Below are positions 11,579 to 24,799 of a stretch of 64,000 bases of DNA, piece after piece. Source of the DNA: Zygnema circumcarinatum SAG 698-1b. Taxonomy: Eukaryota; Plantae; Zygnematophyceae. The first letter of the stretch is position 1; every line of letters begins with the position of its first letter. The translations under genes and the position numbers were made by a program. The stretch spans positions 62,001-126,000 of the forward strand of contig CM074818.1 of NCBI GenBank assembly GCA_037447605.1. Reading direction: 5' to 3'. The notes under the pieces are model-generated. The model saw only the letters and a program-made list of their open reading frames with translations, made no database searches and had not been told where the DNA came from.

Positions 11579-14134
11579 CTACCTGCCGATTCCTGACTTG
11601 AAACATCGCACCGTGCGAGACAGGCGGCCATCCCAACTGTCATAAAAATCAATGATGTTTAGGTGCTGTTCAAAATTTCTTGCAGTCGTTTGCCTGAGGA
11701 AATCCCCTTTGAGCAAACCTACTTTCCTACGGTCAAAACTATTTTCTTGCGGTTTAATCAAGAAACGCGTGCGTTATGGCTTTTATGTATCATAAATGGA
11801 TCCTATACCACGTGAGAATACTCATAGACCCGTGAGCATGCATGGGGTTAGCGGGCAAGCAACCTTTGCAAAGCACTGTACACCGTCTCAGATTATTAAT
11901 AGAATAGAACCAGATGAACATTTTACTATGTTTACATATTTTATACCCGAATATCCCTGATTAAGGACGTGAACCATAACTACACCGAATCCGGTGTGCA
12001 TGTGAGCGCGATTTCCACGATTCGAATATATCGGCATATCGAAAGCGACGGCGTGCCCGTGACTTAGACGTGCGTCTACCCTCCGCAAGTCTCCTGCGGC
12101 TTATTCCTCAAGAGTGCCGTCCCTCCCTCCCTCCCTCACCCCCCCTCCTCCCGCGTTGCTTCATCTCTGCCTCTCTCTCTCTCACAGACACACGTCATCT
12201 CCGTTCTGTCCCGCCTCTCCCCTCTCTCCTGCCTCCACCCTTTCCATTCCTTTCTCCTTCCCTTCTCGTCCTCCTCCCGCCTCCCGCCTCCTCCCTAACA
12301 CTTTCCCTCCCACCCACCCTCCCGGGACGTGACAAGTACGGCAAAACGCCAACAACTATATTAATACAAAGCGAAGGAGGTACTCCTACCGGAATATTAT
12401 ACACTCTAGACTTAATTCACACATACACAGAGAACCCCTCGTCACTACCAATGCGAGGGGACTTCGAACGGTCTTTCCAAAGGCCGAGGCCCCATTTCTT
12501 CTTGTGAGACGCCCCTTTGCGGGACTTGGCCAAACTCGCGGAGGGGACGGATGGTAGCGCGCTGTAGTGGTCGAAGGACTCTCCCGACTGTCCCTTTGCG
12601 AGGTACTTGAGCGCCACCTGGAGGACTCCGACTGGCTCGTCCTCGTCCACGAGGTTGAGAGTGGCGGAAACTAAGTCGAAAGATCGCCCTATGGCGCGCC
12701 CAATGGGGATGCGGGCCACTGCCAGGTGGCGCTCTCTGAGCGCACCCCTTCGCTTGTACACGTGGAGGTACATCTGCGTTGCATCAAGGCAGGTAGTGAG
12801 AATGCAAAGGAGACGATACTCGACAGAAGGCGTTGACGGGGACGGAGGGCGAGAGGGAGGGGACAGGGACGGAGGGACAGGGGGGAGGGAATGGAAGGGG
12901 GATGGGGAGAGGGGAAGGGGTGGCGGGTGAACACGAGAGTGAGATAGACAGAGAGGGAGAGAGAGGGAGAGAGAGAGAGTGAGAGGAGGGGGGGAGCAGT
13001 ACCTGGAGAGTCTCGGGTTGGTCTTCGAACACGGTTAAGTGCATGACTCTGTCGGAGGGCAACCTCTCTCCTCTCGCGACCACTCTCCCGCCGTTAGCTG
13101 CCGCCGGCAGCGCCTCCACCGCCTCCTCCTGCTCGCCTCCGTCCACCTCCCACACGGGCTCGCTGTCCTCCACTGCCTTACGGTCAACTGAATGCATGGA
13201 GCGGCCGTCTAACTGCAGAATGGAGACGACGGAGGCCTCCAGAGTGCCCATTTCTTCCGCGTCGGATCTGTTCCCACTTCTGCAATACAAGATATTACCC
13301 AGCATGGATAGTGAGGTGGGAGAATGGCTCTCTCTCAACTCTCCCTCTCTCCCTCTCTCTCGCTCCCACTTACTCCCCTGCCGTTCTCTCCCTCCGTCTC
13401 TCACTCTCCCTTCCTCCCACTTCCTTCTCTCTTCCTCACTGAAACATCGGATTCATTCATTCATTTCCTTTTCCTTCCACGATTCAACTCACTCTTTTTA
13501 TTTCTTCTTAACCTCCTCTCTTCCTTCGATTACTTTCAATCTGCTCGTCGGTCAGTTTTGCTTTTGGACGAAGCGGGGCTCACCCAAGCAAGGCGGGCAT
13601 GGAGCCCTTTTTAGCAGTACCGTTTGTTAGAGACGCTCGCCGCCTCAACCTTTGTACTAACTCTGGGTTTCGATGCGCCACGATGACGACTGCTACGAAA
13701 AGCAGCGCCATTCTTGCAATGTGGGGCCTTTAATATATAAACTAAAATAATTATATATTTAATATATTCAATAAGTCCTTCAGTAATCCCCAAGGGAAAG
13801 GAAATAAACGAGCACGTGGGTCAGCCAGCAGTGAGAACTGTGTTCAACAATAATTTAAAGAGGACCTGCACACGCCTTTTATGCTTTCTCTCATTTTTCC
13901 TACCGCTGCCATCTGTTTCCTTCCTTCAGCCTCACACTCTACTCGCTCTCCCTTTCTTCCCCCTCTCCCACTTCCTTCCCCTCTCCCTCCCTCTCCCTCT
14001 CCGTCTTTCCCTCTCTCCCTCTCTCCCTCTCCCTCCTCTCCCTCTCCCTCTCCAGCTTTCTCCCTCTCCCTCTCCTTCTCGCCAGCTCTCCCTCCCCCCG
14101 ACGCGGTGACGGCCACGGCGGCAGCGTCGCACAT
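11579..14134 (-). CDS. Putative C2-domain-like protein; ends of gene model uncertain
   Basis: Phase-compatible exons ~13620-13690, ~13000-13285, ~12450-12773 and ~11985-12095 give MGTLEASVVSI...HLTVFEDQPETLQ|MYLHVYKRRGALRERHLAVARIPIG...VGVLQVALKY, a beta-sandwich C2-like pattern. Confidence 0.45.
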
Positions 14135-14217
14135 GCCAACACTTTGTCGGTAGCGCTCGTCGGCATCCGCGAGCCTTCTCTCCGCCTCCCCCGACGGCCC
14201 TCCCGGCCGGCCCTTGC

Positions 14218-14321
14218 CACGTGTTCCAGCGTCAGCACGCGCCACGTGGCACTCACATGGCGGCGGCAGAAGGTGCGAGGCGGCCGACGGAGCGGGATTT
14301 CCAATCAGAGGGTGCCACGTG
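14218..14321. promoter_or_regulatory. Three G-boxes (CACGTG) and a CCAAT box upstream of the C2-like gene
   Basis: CACGTG at 14218, 14243, 14316; CCAAT at 14301. Confidence 0.4.
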
Positions 14322-15003
14322 GAACTGACGCGATCTATGACGTATTTTCTCTGAGCGTACAGAACACGGGAAAACACGGAACCCCGTAATGGTGGAGAAA
14401 CTGAACGGGTTCACGCGAAACTGCCTCCATGGAGAGCGGTGGCCGGAAGGTCCGTAGCGGGAAACCACGCGGGTCCTCGGAAGGGCTGTGAAGGGGCCGT
14501 GAGGGGCGACAGCATGACACGGTGCACGCACACGCCATATTCGTTCAGAGCATGGGCGAGTTCGGCGTGGCTTTCTTACGAAGTGCTCTATGGGCATAAT
14601 TAAGGAAATAACAAACGAGAAGAGCGGATTGCTGGAGCCTACCTCCATGTCCTACCTGCCCTGCCCTGCCTACACTACCACCGTACCGGGCTGCCCGCAG
14701 GGCCCCTTCGTCCCTTTGCGAGGAGGCCTCTGGCGAGCGTCCATCTTCTGCTGCCGCCTGGCAGCGCCGCCTTTACAGAACCTGCTTGCGAATAGCTGCC
14801 GTGCCAAACCTACCTCCTAATCAAAAGCTATTCGATTGCCAACGCGTGGCTTGCGTTGACGGAACTGAGAGCAGAGACAAGGAAAAGAGGAACAGTGGGG
14901 CGCGTGTGACCTTCGGAGCGACCAGGAGACAGACAATGGAGCGGAGGGGAAAGGTGGGGATTATGTCGAGTGAGCGGGGGGAAGTGCTCTGAGGTTGTGG
15001 GGG

Positions 15004-18000
15004 TTAGGGGCTCAGCAGCTTCTTCTCTGCGGCGAGGCGGAGAATTTCCTGGAGCTTGCTTGTGTTCAGCGGCTTCGGTATGTAGGCGTCCATGCCCGCG
15101 GCGATGCACTTTTGGCCGTCTCCCATCATCGCGTGCGCTGTCATCTGCATGGCATGGACACATGGTATGCTGACGTCACTCTCATTGATTCCTCTAGCTT
15201 ACATGCCTAAGGTTACGCTCGTTTGTTAACCACGCTAGCTTGTTTGACTAAACTGAGAATCTAGTCAGAATGTGCTAGGATTGGAGGTGAAGTTGTATGC
15301 CCACAAAGCACACCAACTGACTGAGTTGTGAACAAAGGGGCCTTACAGCGACAATAGGCGTTCTCCTCCCCTCTGCCGCCTCCCGCTCACGAATTTTCAG
15401 AGTTGCTTCGAGACCGTCCATGACGGGCATTTGCACCTGCACCCCGCAACATTGCATGAGGTCTCCAGCGGCAACGCAAATGCTAGATGGGTTGGCTATC
15501 TACCTGCCACTGCTGGAAAAGAAGGTAAACGAAGTTTTTACAGAGCATGGACTGCAAGCTCACAGGCAAGACATCTGTCTATATATCAGCTTCAAGATAA
15601 ATTTGCGAAGACAAGTGGATCAGACACTAAGATGAAGGCAAAGGTAGAGGGAGGAGCGAGAGGGAAAAGTGATGCGCAAGTGATCAGATGAAATGGAATG
15701 CGACTTCAATCAAACAAAGTGAAGACATATATGTGTAACCGCTATTGGTTAGGGAGAGCTTACATCCATGAGAATGAGGTCGAAGCTCTCCAGTCCATGC
15801 TTCTCTACTGCCTCCGCCCCTGTGGAGGCGAGCACTGTGGAGTGCCCCCACTTGTGCAGCAGCGTTAGGGCCACACGCTGGTTGATCACGTTGTCCTCCG
15901 CCACAAGGATGCGCAGCGTTCGGCACTTCTTCCCGACCTGGGGCAGCGGCGACACGTTCTGCGTCTGCCACACAGGAGGGAGAAAGATATGCAGAGTAGT
16001 AACATGTTCAGAACATGGGGCAAAGCTGACTGATAAAAAGTGGTGCACAAACCTTTTAGCACATTCTGGAGGAATGAAATACCAAGAGAGGCAAGGAAGC
16101 GGGGATGAGGGTACAAGAAGACGATGGAAAGCCCGGCTCACCTCCGTGGCGTCACCCAGCTGCAGCGCTAGGCGCACAGCTCGAAGCAAAAGCAGCCGCT
16201 TGACCGGCTTCTGTACGAACACATCCACTCCCAGCTCCTCTGTTCTGCTTTGCCAACCCATCAACCCACAATAATACCCACCTCCAACATTAGCTTCCCC
16301 CTAACCTGGCCGGATCATCGTCACCAGCTAGCTACGGCAGGAGTAGAGGTTGTGATTTCATTCAAGAGCAGCAGCTACTCGAGCACAGCCACTCGAACAG
16401 TCGATCAGCCATGACAGTTATCCCATACGCAATGGCGAAACTAGACAATGTGTACATTCGCGTGTACTAACTTTCGTTAAGTTAGACAAACATCAGCTGT
16501 ACGGTCATTCGTACAACCGATTGAGGCGGCCGTTGACCACGTAAGACCGTCCAATCCAGCCGTAGGACCGTACGGCTGCCCGGCCATTCTAAAAGCGTTT
16601 TATAAAACGGCTTGACTTGTAGAATTTTACACTGCGTTCTAATTGTCATCCCTAGTTAGGAGTGAAGAATCCTGCCTGTTTAAACAGACGGATTTGCATC
16701 TAAGCGCTACCGCCTGCCACTTCGCTCTATCCAATCCCAAAAATGTGCCTTCCGTCGGAGCGTGTCTTACACCGTGGTGCAAATTAGTTCATTTTACGCA
16801 ACCAGTCCACGTGGCGGTCCAGCAATTCCAGTCGAAACGTGACTGTAACATGTGAACTGATGCACGGAGTTCAAATGTTCGACAGAAACGAGCTCTACAT
16901 CTGTATGGAAAGAGACGTCAGCAACTGGCTGACGGCATGACTTAGACCCTGTCTAATCCCAATCGTATAGGGTAAGCGATATCATGAGCATTGTTTGATT
17001 GGAAAACACCAAGCACTATTTATGTCACTTTCCTGCTCCTTCAAACGAATCACTGATCTAAATCTCTGCCAGAATGAATTTCTTGTCCGAATGTCCACCA
17101 CCTGCCCAGAACTGGAATCCATAACTGTTGCTTGTAGTTTTTTTTTTCTCCGAGCCCAAAGTAGTCAGACATTTGGCCCTCACCTGATGCCATCAGAAGG
17201 AGCAGCTGACGTCAGCAGCAGCACCGGTAACGACCAGCCCGGCTCCAATGGACGGTCTGCAGTCGCAAGCGATTGGTTTCTGCTCCTTAGCCTCATCTCC
17301 TCCTGCTCCTCCTCTCCCTCCCCAATGCTCCCTACTCTCCGCCGAAACTGCGCCTTCTCTGATTCAGGTGAAGGAGGGCAGGGGGGCGGTAAGGGCACAG
17401 CTGAAGTTGACGGATTCCCTGTGCTCCTATGAAACCTGCTGTTGGTAGCGCCACCCGACAGGTGGGTCTGCGCCTGCCCAATGTTGCCCATGTCTCTGAA
17501 CTTGGAAGGGAGCTCAAGTTCTACTTCCGTCACTGGCAATTCTATCATATCTAGCCCTCCTCCGTCCTCCGTAAGCACTTTCTGCTTCCCCGCATTTGGA
17601 TTACTGCGAGTGCGCTTGAGAAGGCGGGGCCGCTGTTGTAATAACTTCAATAATTCAGCACACCCCAGATTATTCGGACCTTCCGTTGGAAGATGCAAGT
17701 CTAGTAGCATCAGCTGGAAAGGCTGCCCTTCATTGGCAGCAAATTCAAGCTTCTTAACTGCTTCACGCCCGCTTTCTGCCTCCTCCGGCTTCAGCCCCCA
17801 TCTCTGCATGCTCCATCCCCACAGAACATCTTATAGTCTGACCTGCAATGCAGTGTTTTTTTGAGTCCATGAAAGGGTACAAGCCAACAACACCAATCCA
17901 TCTCCAGCAAACCCAAACGTAAAGGTCAAACTAGGACGGTTTCCTTACTGCGGCTAACTCGTACACAAACTTCATTTCTGCAGATTAGGCTTTCCCTTTT

Positions 18001-21000
18001 CGACCATCTAAACAATCCCTGGGTTCCGAAAACACAGCTACCGTAACAGCGAGTAGACGATAGACAAAAGCACACCTGCAGAAGGTCCCGAACGGAAGAC
18101 CTGCCAGCTGCACTTGCGTCGACTATAAGCGCTCTCACATCGCGGAGAGAAGCCATGAGAGAAGGGGCCAAGATGCCCTTGGGAGAGGGCTGGATGGGAG
18201 GGAGCATGAGCTCCGCCGTGAAGGAGAAGGTGGACCCCCTCCCCTCGTCAGAGTCCACCCACATGCGGCCCCCCATGGCGTTGGCCAGCTTGGAGGATAT
18301 GACTAAACCCAACCCTGTGAAAACAGACAAACATGACCAAGTTGTCATATGATAGTGGCTAACAATGTGTTTTGTTCAAGTTCAGACAGATCCCATCAGT
18401 CTGCTTTTGGCAATGGATACGATTACTGTCAGAGGAATAGTCGTTCTCGTCCTCTTTTTTTTCCCTGTTAGCTTTCACCTACACTTCGTCGCATCAAACC
18501 TTGCTGCTGAATTTAGGGAGCGGGAAATCAAGCACTAGAAGTCGCGGCATCTTTTCAAAGAGGTTCAATATAGCCCTTGTTAGAGCGTTCCGGGTTGAGT
18601 TCGTACCTGTGCCCCCATAGACCCTGCACCTCCCACCCTGCCCGCTATTACACGGAATACTAGATGGCCAGCATATCCTTCAAACAAGTGCTATCAAAGG
18701 TTTCATGGGTTCTGGAAAACACGTTCACAACTTAATCGTAGAAAGGAAACAGAGGGTGCATAACTAAAACGCAAGAAAACGCAATGATGTACCTTGCCTG
18801 ATGCAACTTCAAGCAGCTAGAGGAATTGCTCAAAAAATGGTCCATGCTACATGGAAACAAGTAGCAGTTTCCGCAAGAGAGAGAAAGAGGGCTCCCAAAG
18901 AAAGGCTTACAGTGACTGTGGCAAGGAGATGTCATCTCCTAGAGGCGCTAAGCTAAAAACACGATGAACCCCACTGCCAAGCATACTGAAACACACTATA
19001 CAAGTTCGAGCACTCAATGAAAGGCAAGCACAGTCTCCATGATGGGAGACAATGTCAGATGTAGTCATACCGCGTGGTTGACAAGTCCACCTGCGAGAAT
19101 GCTTGAAACAGGAGAGACTGCTTGCTCTTCGGAATGCCAATGCCTGCAAGACCTCTCCATTCCCACCTCGTCCCATAAGGAATGAAACTCTTATGAAACC
19201 TTCTGTAATCACAAACGTGTAACTCTGCTAATCTGAGATCCATAAAGCCATCAGTCAACGTCTTGATGCACACAGACAGAGATAAGCGCCCCATGGAAGG
19301 GCAAGCTTGAGCCTTCTCTATTCATGCGGGGCTGTTGGGCTGTACCTGTATCGACCACAGAGAAGAGAAGCTCCAAACTTCCCGGTCGGACCTCTCCATT
19401 CACAGATGCTTCCAGCACCACCTGACCCTTCTCTGTGAATTTGATGCTGTTCCCTGACGAAGAACACGAGGAAAAGAGCGCGCTGTTGGTCTCACACCAC
19501 AAGCCTTCAGCTTGTATACCGTTCAGACCGACCAGGAATATTAAGTTTTTCGAACTCCCGCAATCAGGAAGGAAGATGAGCTACCGGCTGCCCTAAAGTT
19601 TATGTCTCTCGCACATGGTTTGCCCCACCTTAGAGGAGGACACATGTGCAACAGACCTCTTCATGGGTGCGTACCGATGAGGTTGATGAAGATTTGGAAG
19701 AGCCGTCCTGGGTCGCCCACCAACACTTCAGGAATGTCGTCCGATGCGCGGCAGACGAGCTCTAAACCCTTTTTGTGAGCGCGAGCTGCAAGAACAGAGA
19801 TGGCATGCTCCATCTGCACAGCTCCGTGCTCATAATGAGCACGAAAGAGAAGGAAAGGCGACGATGATGGTTTGCTCCACACTTCTGGGTTGGCCTTAGA
19901 CTGCGGCTTTGGTACAGTTGCTTTGATAGCAGAGCAACTGCTGCGATTCGTCTCCTGTCTGATGAGTATGGTATGATTGGAAGAGCACGGAGGCAGAGGC
20001 AGTTACCTGGTCATGCAGCGAGAACTCAATGCTCTCCATGTTCAGCTTGCCCGCCTCAATCTTGCTGAAGTCCAAGATGTCAGTGATGAGTCGCAGCAGA
20101 TGCTTGGCTGAAAACAGAGACTGTCCACCCTCCCTCCCCACCCAGCAGAGCCGCAATTCAAATGAGAGCCAACGAACAGGACCCGATTGGCATCTAATGC
20201 AAACACGAAAACAGACTCCAAGTTCCATGAAAGTGGAAAGTTTCACCTACAAGTTCAAGATATTCCTGCTGTTCGGGAGTGGTGACTGTGTCGAGACAAA
20301 GCTCCGTGCAGTTTATGACTCCGTTCAATGGTGTGCGGATTTCATGGCTCATGTTGGCCAGCCATTCGGACTTCATGCGGTCGGCTGCAACCGCTGCGCT
20401 TCTTGCTACCTCCAGGTCTGCCTCCATCTTCTTCCTCTCCTGCACCTCCGTCGCCAAAACTTCATTTGCGCGGGCAAGCTCGCGGGTGCGTTCAAACACC
20501 TGCTCACATGTGAGAGAGGGGAGGGGAGAAATGTTTTAACGCGGAGGGAGGGGTGACGGTTGGAGAGGGGAGCAAGGAATGGTGTTGACTGCGCTTGTCG
20601 ACAGGTCTCACAAATGGGGTCAAAGCCCCATATCCCGGCATAGCAAGCACATTGAAAGATTCAGATATCTTTTCTAGTCTTGGATCTGAGCTGCCGATAA
20701 CATGTGTTAAGTGAAGCACAGGGCATGAATTATCTACCCTCTGCAACGATTTGATAGGCTGTTTGGGGAAGGAGAGGAGGAGCAGGGGAGTTGAGACCCC
20801 AGAGGGAAAGCCAAGAGCGACAGGAAAAACAACCACGAAATCTTACACAGTAAACAAAACAATCTTTTGATATGATGAACAAGCTTGTGAGCCCAACCTT
20901 AGCCTCCAACGTGATGTATGCCGCGGACAACTGGTCCGCCATGGAATTGAACGTGTGCCGGAGAGAATCGATCTCGTCCTCCCATACACGATGCCGCCGA

Positions 21001-24000
21001 TTTCGAGGAGCCGCCATGTCCCCTCTTGCCAGAGCCGCCGCAATCTTTCCAAGCTCTACAATCGGTGCAGTAAATACCTGCAGTGTTCCTAGCCTTCCAG
21101 ATGAATGGAATTCATACATACATGCTTGCACATGCATACAGACATAGATAGCTACCTTGGTAGCAGAGTGCAAATATACAGATACGCTTGCATACTTTTC
21201 GAGCGTCTGCTCTTTGCCAATGCGTGCCTTTAGGGAGCACCACTGCACTTATTTTCGTAGGTTATCCAGACAATGACTTCAAGTTACACACACGTAAACT
21301 GTCCGCTGTCTCAGGCAGTCACTTTGTGAGGTAGAGCGAGTGGATATGCAGCGGATTCTCACCCGAGCTAACACCCAGGATGCCAAGAGACCCAACAGCA
21401 GGACGCACACGATGGCGATCACAATCACAGTCTGCAGCTGATTCACAGGTCGGTACGCTTCCGCCCTGTCCTCTTGAGCCGATAGACCTGCAAGTACAGA
21501 GCCGCATCAGAACCCGACCAATGCAGTTCGCTAGCATGCCCCTTCACGAACAGACACTTAAAACAAAGTTTTGAGCCTTGCAAGCTGAAATTGCCGCACA
21601 GCGTCTCACCCCAATTGAGGTAGCCCACAGGGGTGTATGCAGCTGCCACCCATACTCCTCGGTAGTCTCTGGCCACAGTGAATCCCGTCTGATTCTGCAC
21701 AGCGAGAGAGACTGCTCCTTCGGGGTCCGGTCTTGCTGTACTTGAACTGAGGCCGGGGGGCAGCAGGAAGCGGTAGCTGTCAGTCTCGTTGGGAAGACTG
21801 TAGCCAATCACCACCTTGCCAGAAGAGTCCAGTCCTGCATAGATCACAGTTGCTAAATCAGAAAGATGCAATCTGTAGAACAACAGAAGCCCTACCTCCA
21901 GCTTCCGGAGGAAAAATTTACAGGGACAAGCATACATCAACCATCCAAAATTGGCTGATGTGATTTATAGCACTCTGTGCCATTCCTCCCACGTGTTTTT
22001 GCTTGCTTGTACAAAGGCAAATCACATCAGCTGATTACTCAAAATGCCTGCCAAATGAATCGCGATTAAGAAGCAGGCTTCCTGCACAATCGTCGGTCGA
22101 AGAGTTACATATGGGCCGGCAGCCTGCAGCTCCTCGCTAGGATGTGTAGTGCATATTGAAACGAGGCACAGTGAATGAAGGGAGAACGGGGCTTGAGAGG
22201 GCACCCACCCAGAGTGGAGTTAAGCAGTTGGGCAAAAAACGTGGCGTTGATGACTGACAGTATAGTGCCCACCCGCGTGCCCTGAAGGAGCAATCCCCCA
22301 GCCAATCAAGAGCAGCCATTATACAACAGTGTTGAACGTGACTAACGCCCCTCCTCACTCCTCTTGATGGAGGAAGGATTACAGCTGGAGGAGTAAGATA
22401 GAGCCAACAGAACAACGATACAAGCAGCGTTACAGCCGTTAAAGCAGGTAAGCGCGAGTCGAAGTGCTCACATTGGATAGGATAGGGCTGATGATGTCAG
22501 CCACTACACCAACTTCAGCGCCATTTAAATGCGGAACACTGAAGACTGTCTTCGTGCGACTATTCAGATCGGTACTGTTCAGGTTCGTGCTTGGAACGAT
22601 ATATGCTGGTCCTGTGCTGAACAGGATAGAGCCCTGCCCCCGTTGGATGCAACGATTAAGGCAAATTATTTCGTGGCCACCACCCACGGTACAGTCAAAA
22701 CTAGCTGCGGCAGCTTTTACCGCCATGCCAAACAAAAAGGGCACACAATCTCTCCGCAGAACACGTGTTCAGGGGAATACCCCTTCATTCCTAAGGCACA
22801 CAGAGGAAAAAGTGATAGAAACGAGTGCTTTGCCTCCCTCACTTTTGTATCCACAGCCGAGGCCTGCAGGAACTCGGGCAAGGAAAACAGGGCAGCTTTC
22901 AGATCATGTTGGCCTGCTTCCAAGTCTGCCGCGGTGAGGCTGCCAGACAGGCTGTGCTGCTGCAGCAGTCTGACCACTATCACTCGCGAAGAAATGAGAT
23001 CTGCTTTATCGCGCTCGCCGTTAATGTAATCTACCACCTGCTCATAGCAAAGGAATCGGAATCATACGAGCGTAGGAACGGTAAGCAAGAGGGAGCTTCT
23101 GAAGGAGCAATACTGAGCATCCTGAATGAGTCAGCAACCCTGACGCAGAGTAAGAAACTTAACGATGAGAAACGACTTCGCAAGCAAACACGTCAGCCCT
23201 ATCCTGAATACATGAAATGCGAATTACATCTGATCGAATTGTATCGTGAAGTTTGCTGTACTTGCAAAGGCATCCGTCAAACAAGCATTCTCCCAAATAG
23301 TTTGAATCAAAGCTTATCAAAGCTTCGTCTCACTGCTGAAGGGTGACCCTGCCAGCTGGCGAGAAGCACCAGCTGTCGGAGCTCTACCTTGACAAACCCT
23401 AATCACCCTTATCTCGGACTTTTCGCCAGCACCAGCAATCTTCTTTCAATCATCCGGGTTTGCACGGAACTGTATTAATATAGGCATTCTGTTACAAAGG
23501 GCCGTGATCACGGAATGAAGACAAGGACAGAGGAGGAGGAGGAGGAGGAGGAAAAGAAAGAGGTGGAGCAGGAGGGTGCGGAACAAGGAGGGGACAAGCG
23601 ACGAAGATGAGAGGGACCATAACAAGAAAAAATAGGCGAAAGGGAGAAGGCAAGAGGCCAAAGCAGCCGAGGAGAAATAGCGGACTCTGAAGAAGAAGAA
23701 GGAGAAGAGAAGGAAAAGAGGAAGGGCGATAGGCCTATGGTGGAGAAGAGTGCCTGCTGGGCGCGCAGGGAGGCGACGGTGGTGAGGCGCAGCTGGATGG
23801 CTCCACGCAGCTCGTTGTTGCAGCGCAGCCAGAGCACGATGGCCAGCACGCCCGAGGCTAGCAGCACCAGCGTGCTCACGAACAGCGTCAGCTTCAGCCA
23901 CAGCGACGCGCCCAGCTGCCGCATCAGCCGCACCCACCGCCGCCTCCGCCGTCCGCCACCTCCTCCTCCCTCCGCCTCCGCCTCTTCGCGCAGCACCGCT

Positions 24001-24122
24001 ACCACCTGCTCGCGCGTCTGCAACGCCTGCAGCTCCGCCTCCTGCGCTCCGTTGGCCGTGCGCCCGTCACGCTCGTCGCCATGGCCGCCGCTTCGCAGCA
24101 AATTATCGAACGCATCTCCCAT
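15004..24122 (-). CDS. Transmembrane hybrid histidine kinase: TM1 - extracellular Cache-like domain - TM2 - HAMP - HisKA - HATPase_c - REC - REC (~18 exons)
   Basis: H-box [31 protein letters not shown]-box [22 protein letters not shown]1 DTGIGIP, F-box [10 protein letters not shown]2 [54 protein letters not shown]2 [33 protein letters not shown]1 [26 protein letters not shown] and TM2 [21 protein letters not shown]. Stop TAA at 15004-15006. Confidence 0.93.
16495..16585. repeat. CCGTACGG/GTACGG-rich short element inside a histidine kinase intron
   Basis: GTACGGT at ~16499 and CCGTACGG at 16568 amid CCGT/ACGG words, resembling 5360-5570 and 46789-46902. Confidence 0.25.
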
Positions 24123-24394
24123 GGCCGCCGTTGGGTCCGCTCTGACATGCGTTTCCTGCACTGCTGCTGCCCTGGGGGAGAGGGCGAGGGAGAGTTCCGA
24201 ATTCGGTTCAGAGTGAGAGAGAGGAAGAGTGGCTGATCAGTACTCAAGGCGAGCCATGGTCTGTCTGCTGCTGCTGCTGCTGGTCCGTCAGCAGACTCTG
24301 CGAGCACCAGCAGCAGCATGCAGCGCGGCCATGGCGGCCATGGCGGGCGGGTGCAGGCAGGCAGCGAGCGGGCAGTGGCGGGCCCAGAGAGCGA

Positions 24395-24799
24395 CACGTG
24401 GCGAGTGCTGCCTCCCGGAGGAGCGAGCATCCGCTACAAGCGTGTCCCGCTGGTGCTCCATCGCGGCCGTACTGGCTGTAGCTCCGCACTTCCTCCTCGC
24501 TACAGCCCCAGCCCGTCGCGCAGCGCCTCTGGCGTGTCGGTGGCGGGCGGCTGTAGCGGAGTCTTGCACGGGCGGCCGCGTCAGGACGAGCACCGACCTG
24601 GCCCCCGCGGCGGAAAAACTGGGGAACGTACAATGTTCGTACGATGCCATCTGCGACCGTACAGCGGCGGCCACAACGGGCGGCAGAGCTGTGCCGACCC
24701 CGCCAAGTGCCACGTGGCGCTCTCTCACTGCGTGCACATGCGCGGGCCGGATGACGTGGCACGAGTGCACTAACGCGCGCAACGAGCACTTGCCACGTG
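24395..24799. promoter_or_regulatory. G-box/ABRE cluster in the divergent intergenic region between the histidine kinase and NAR1
   Basis: CACGTG at 24395, 24711, 24794 and ACGTGGC at 24754 in a ~920 bp head-to-head interval. Confidence 0.4.
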
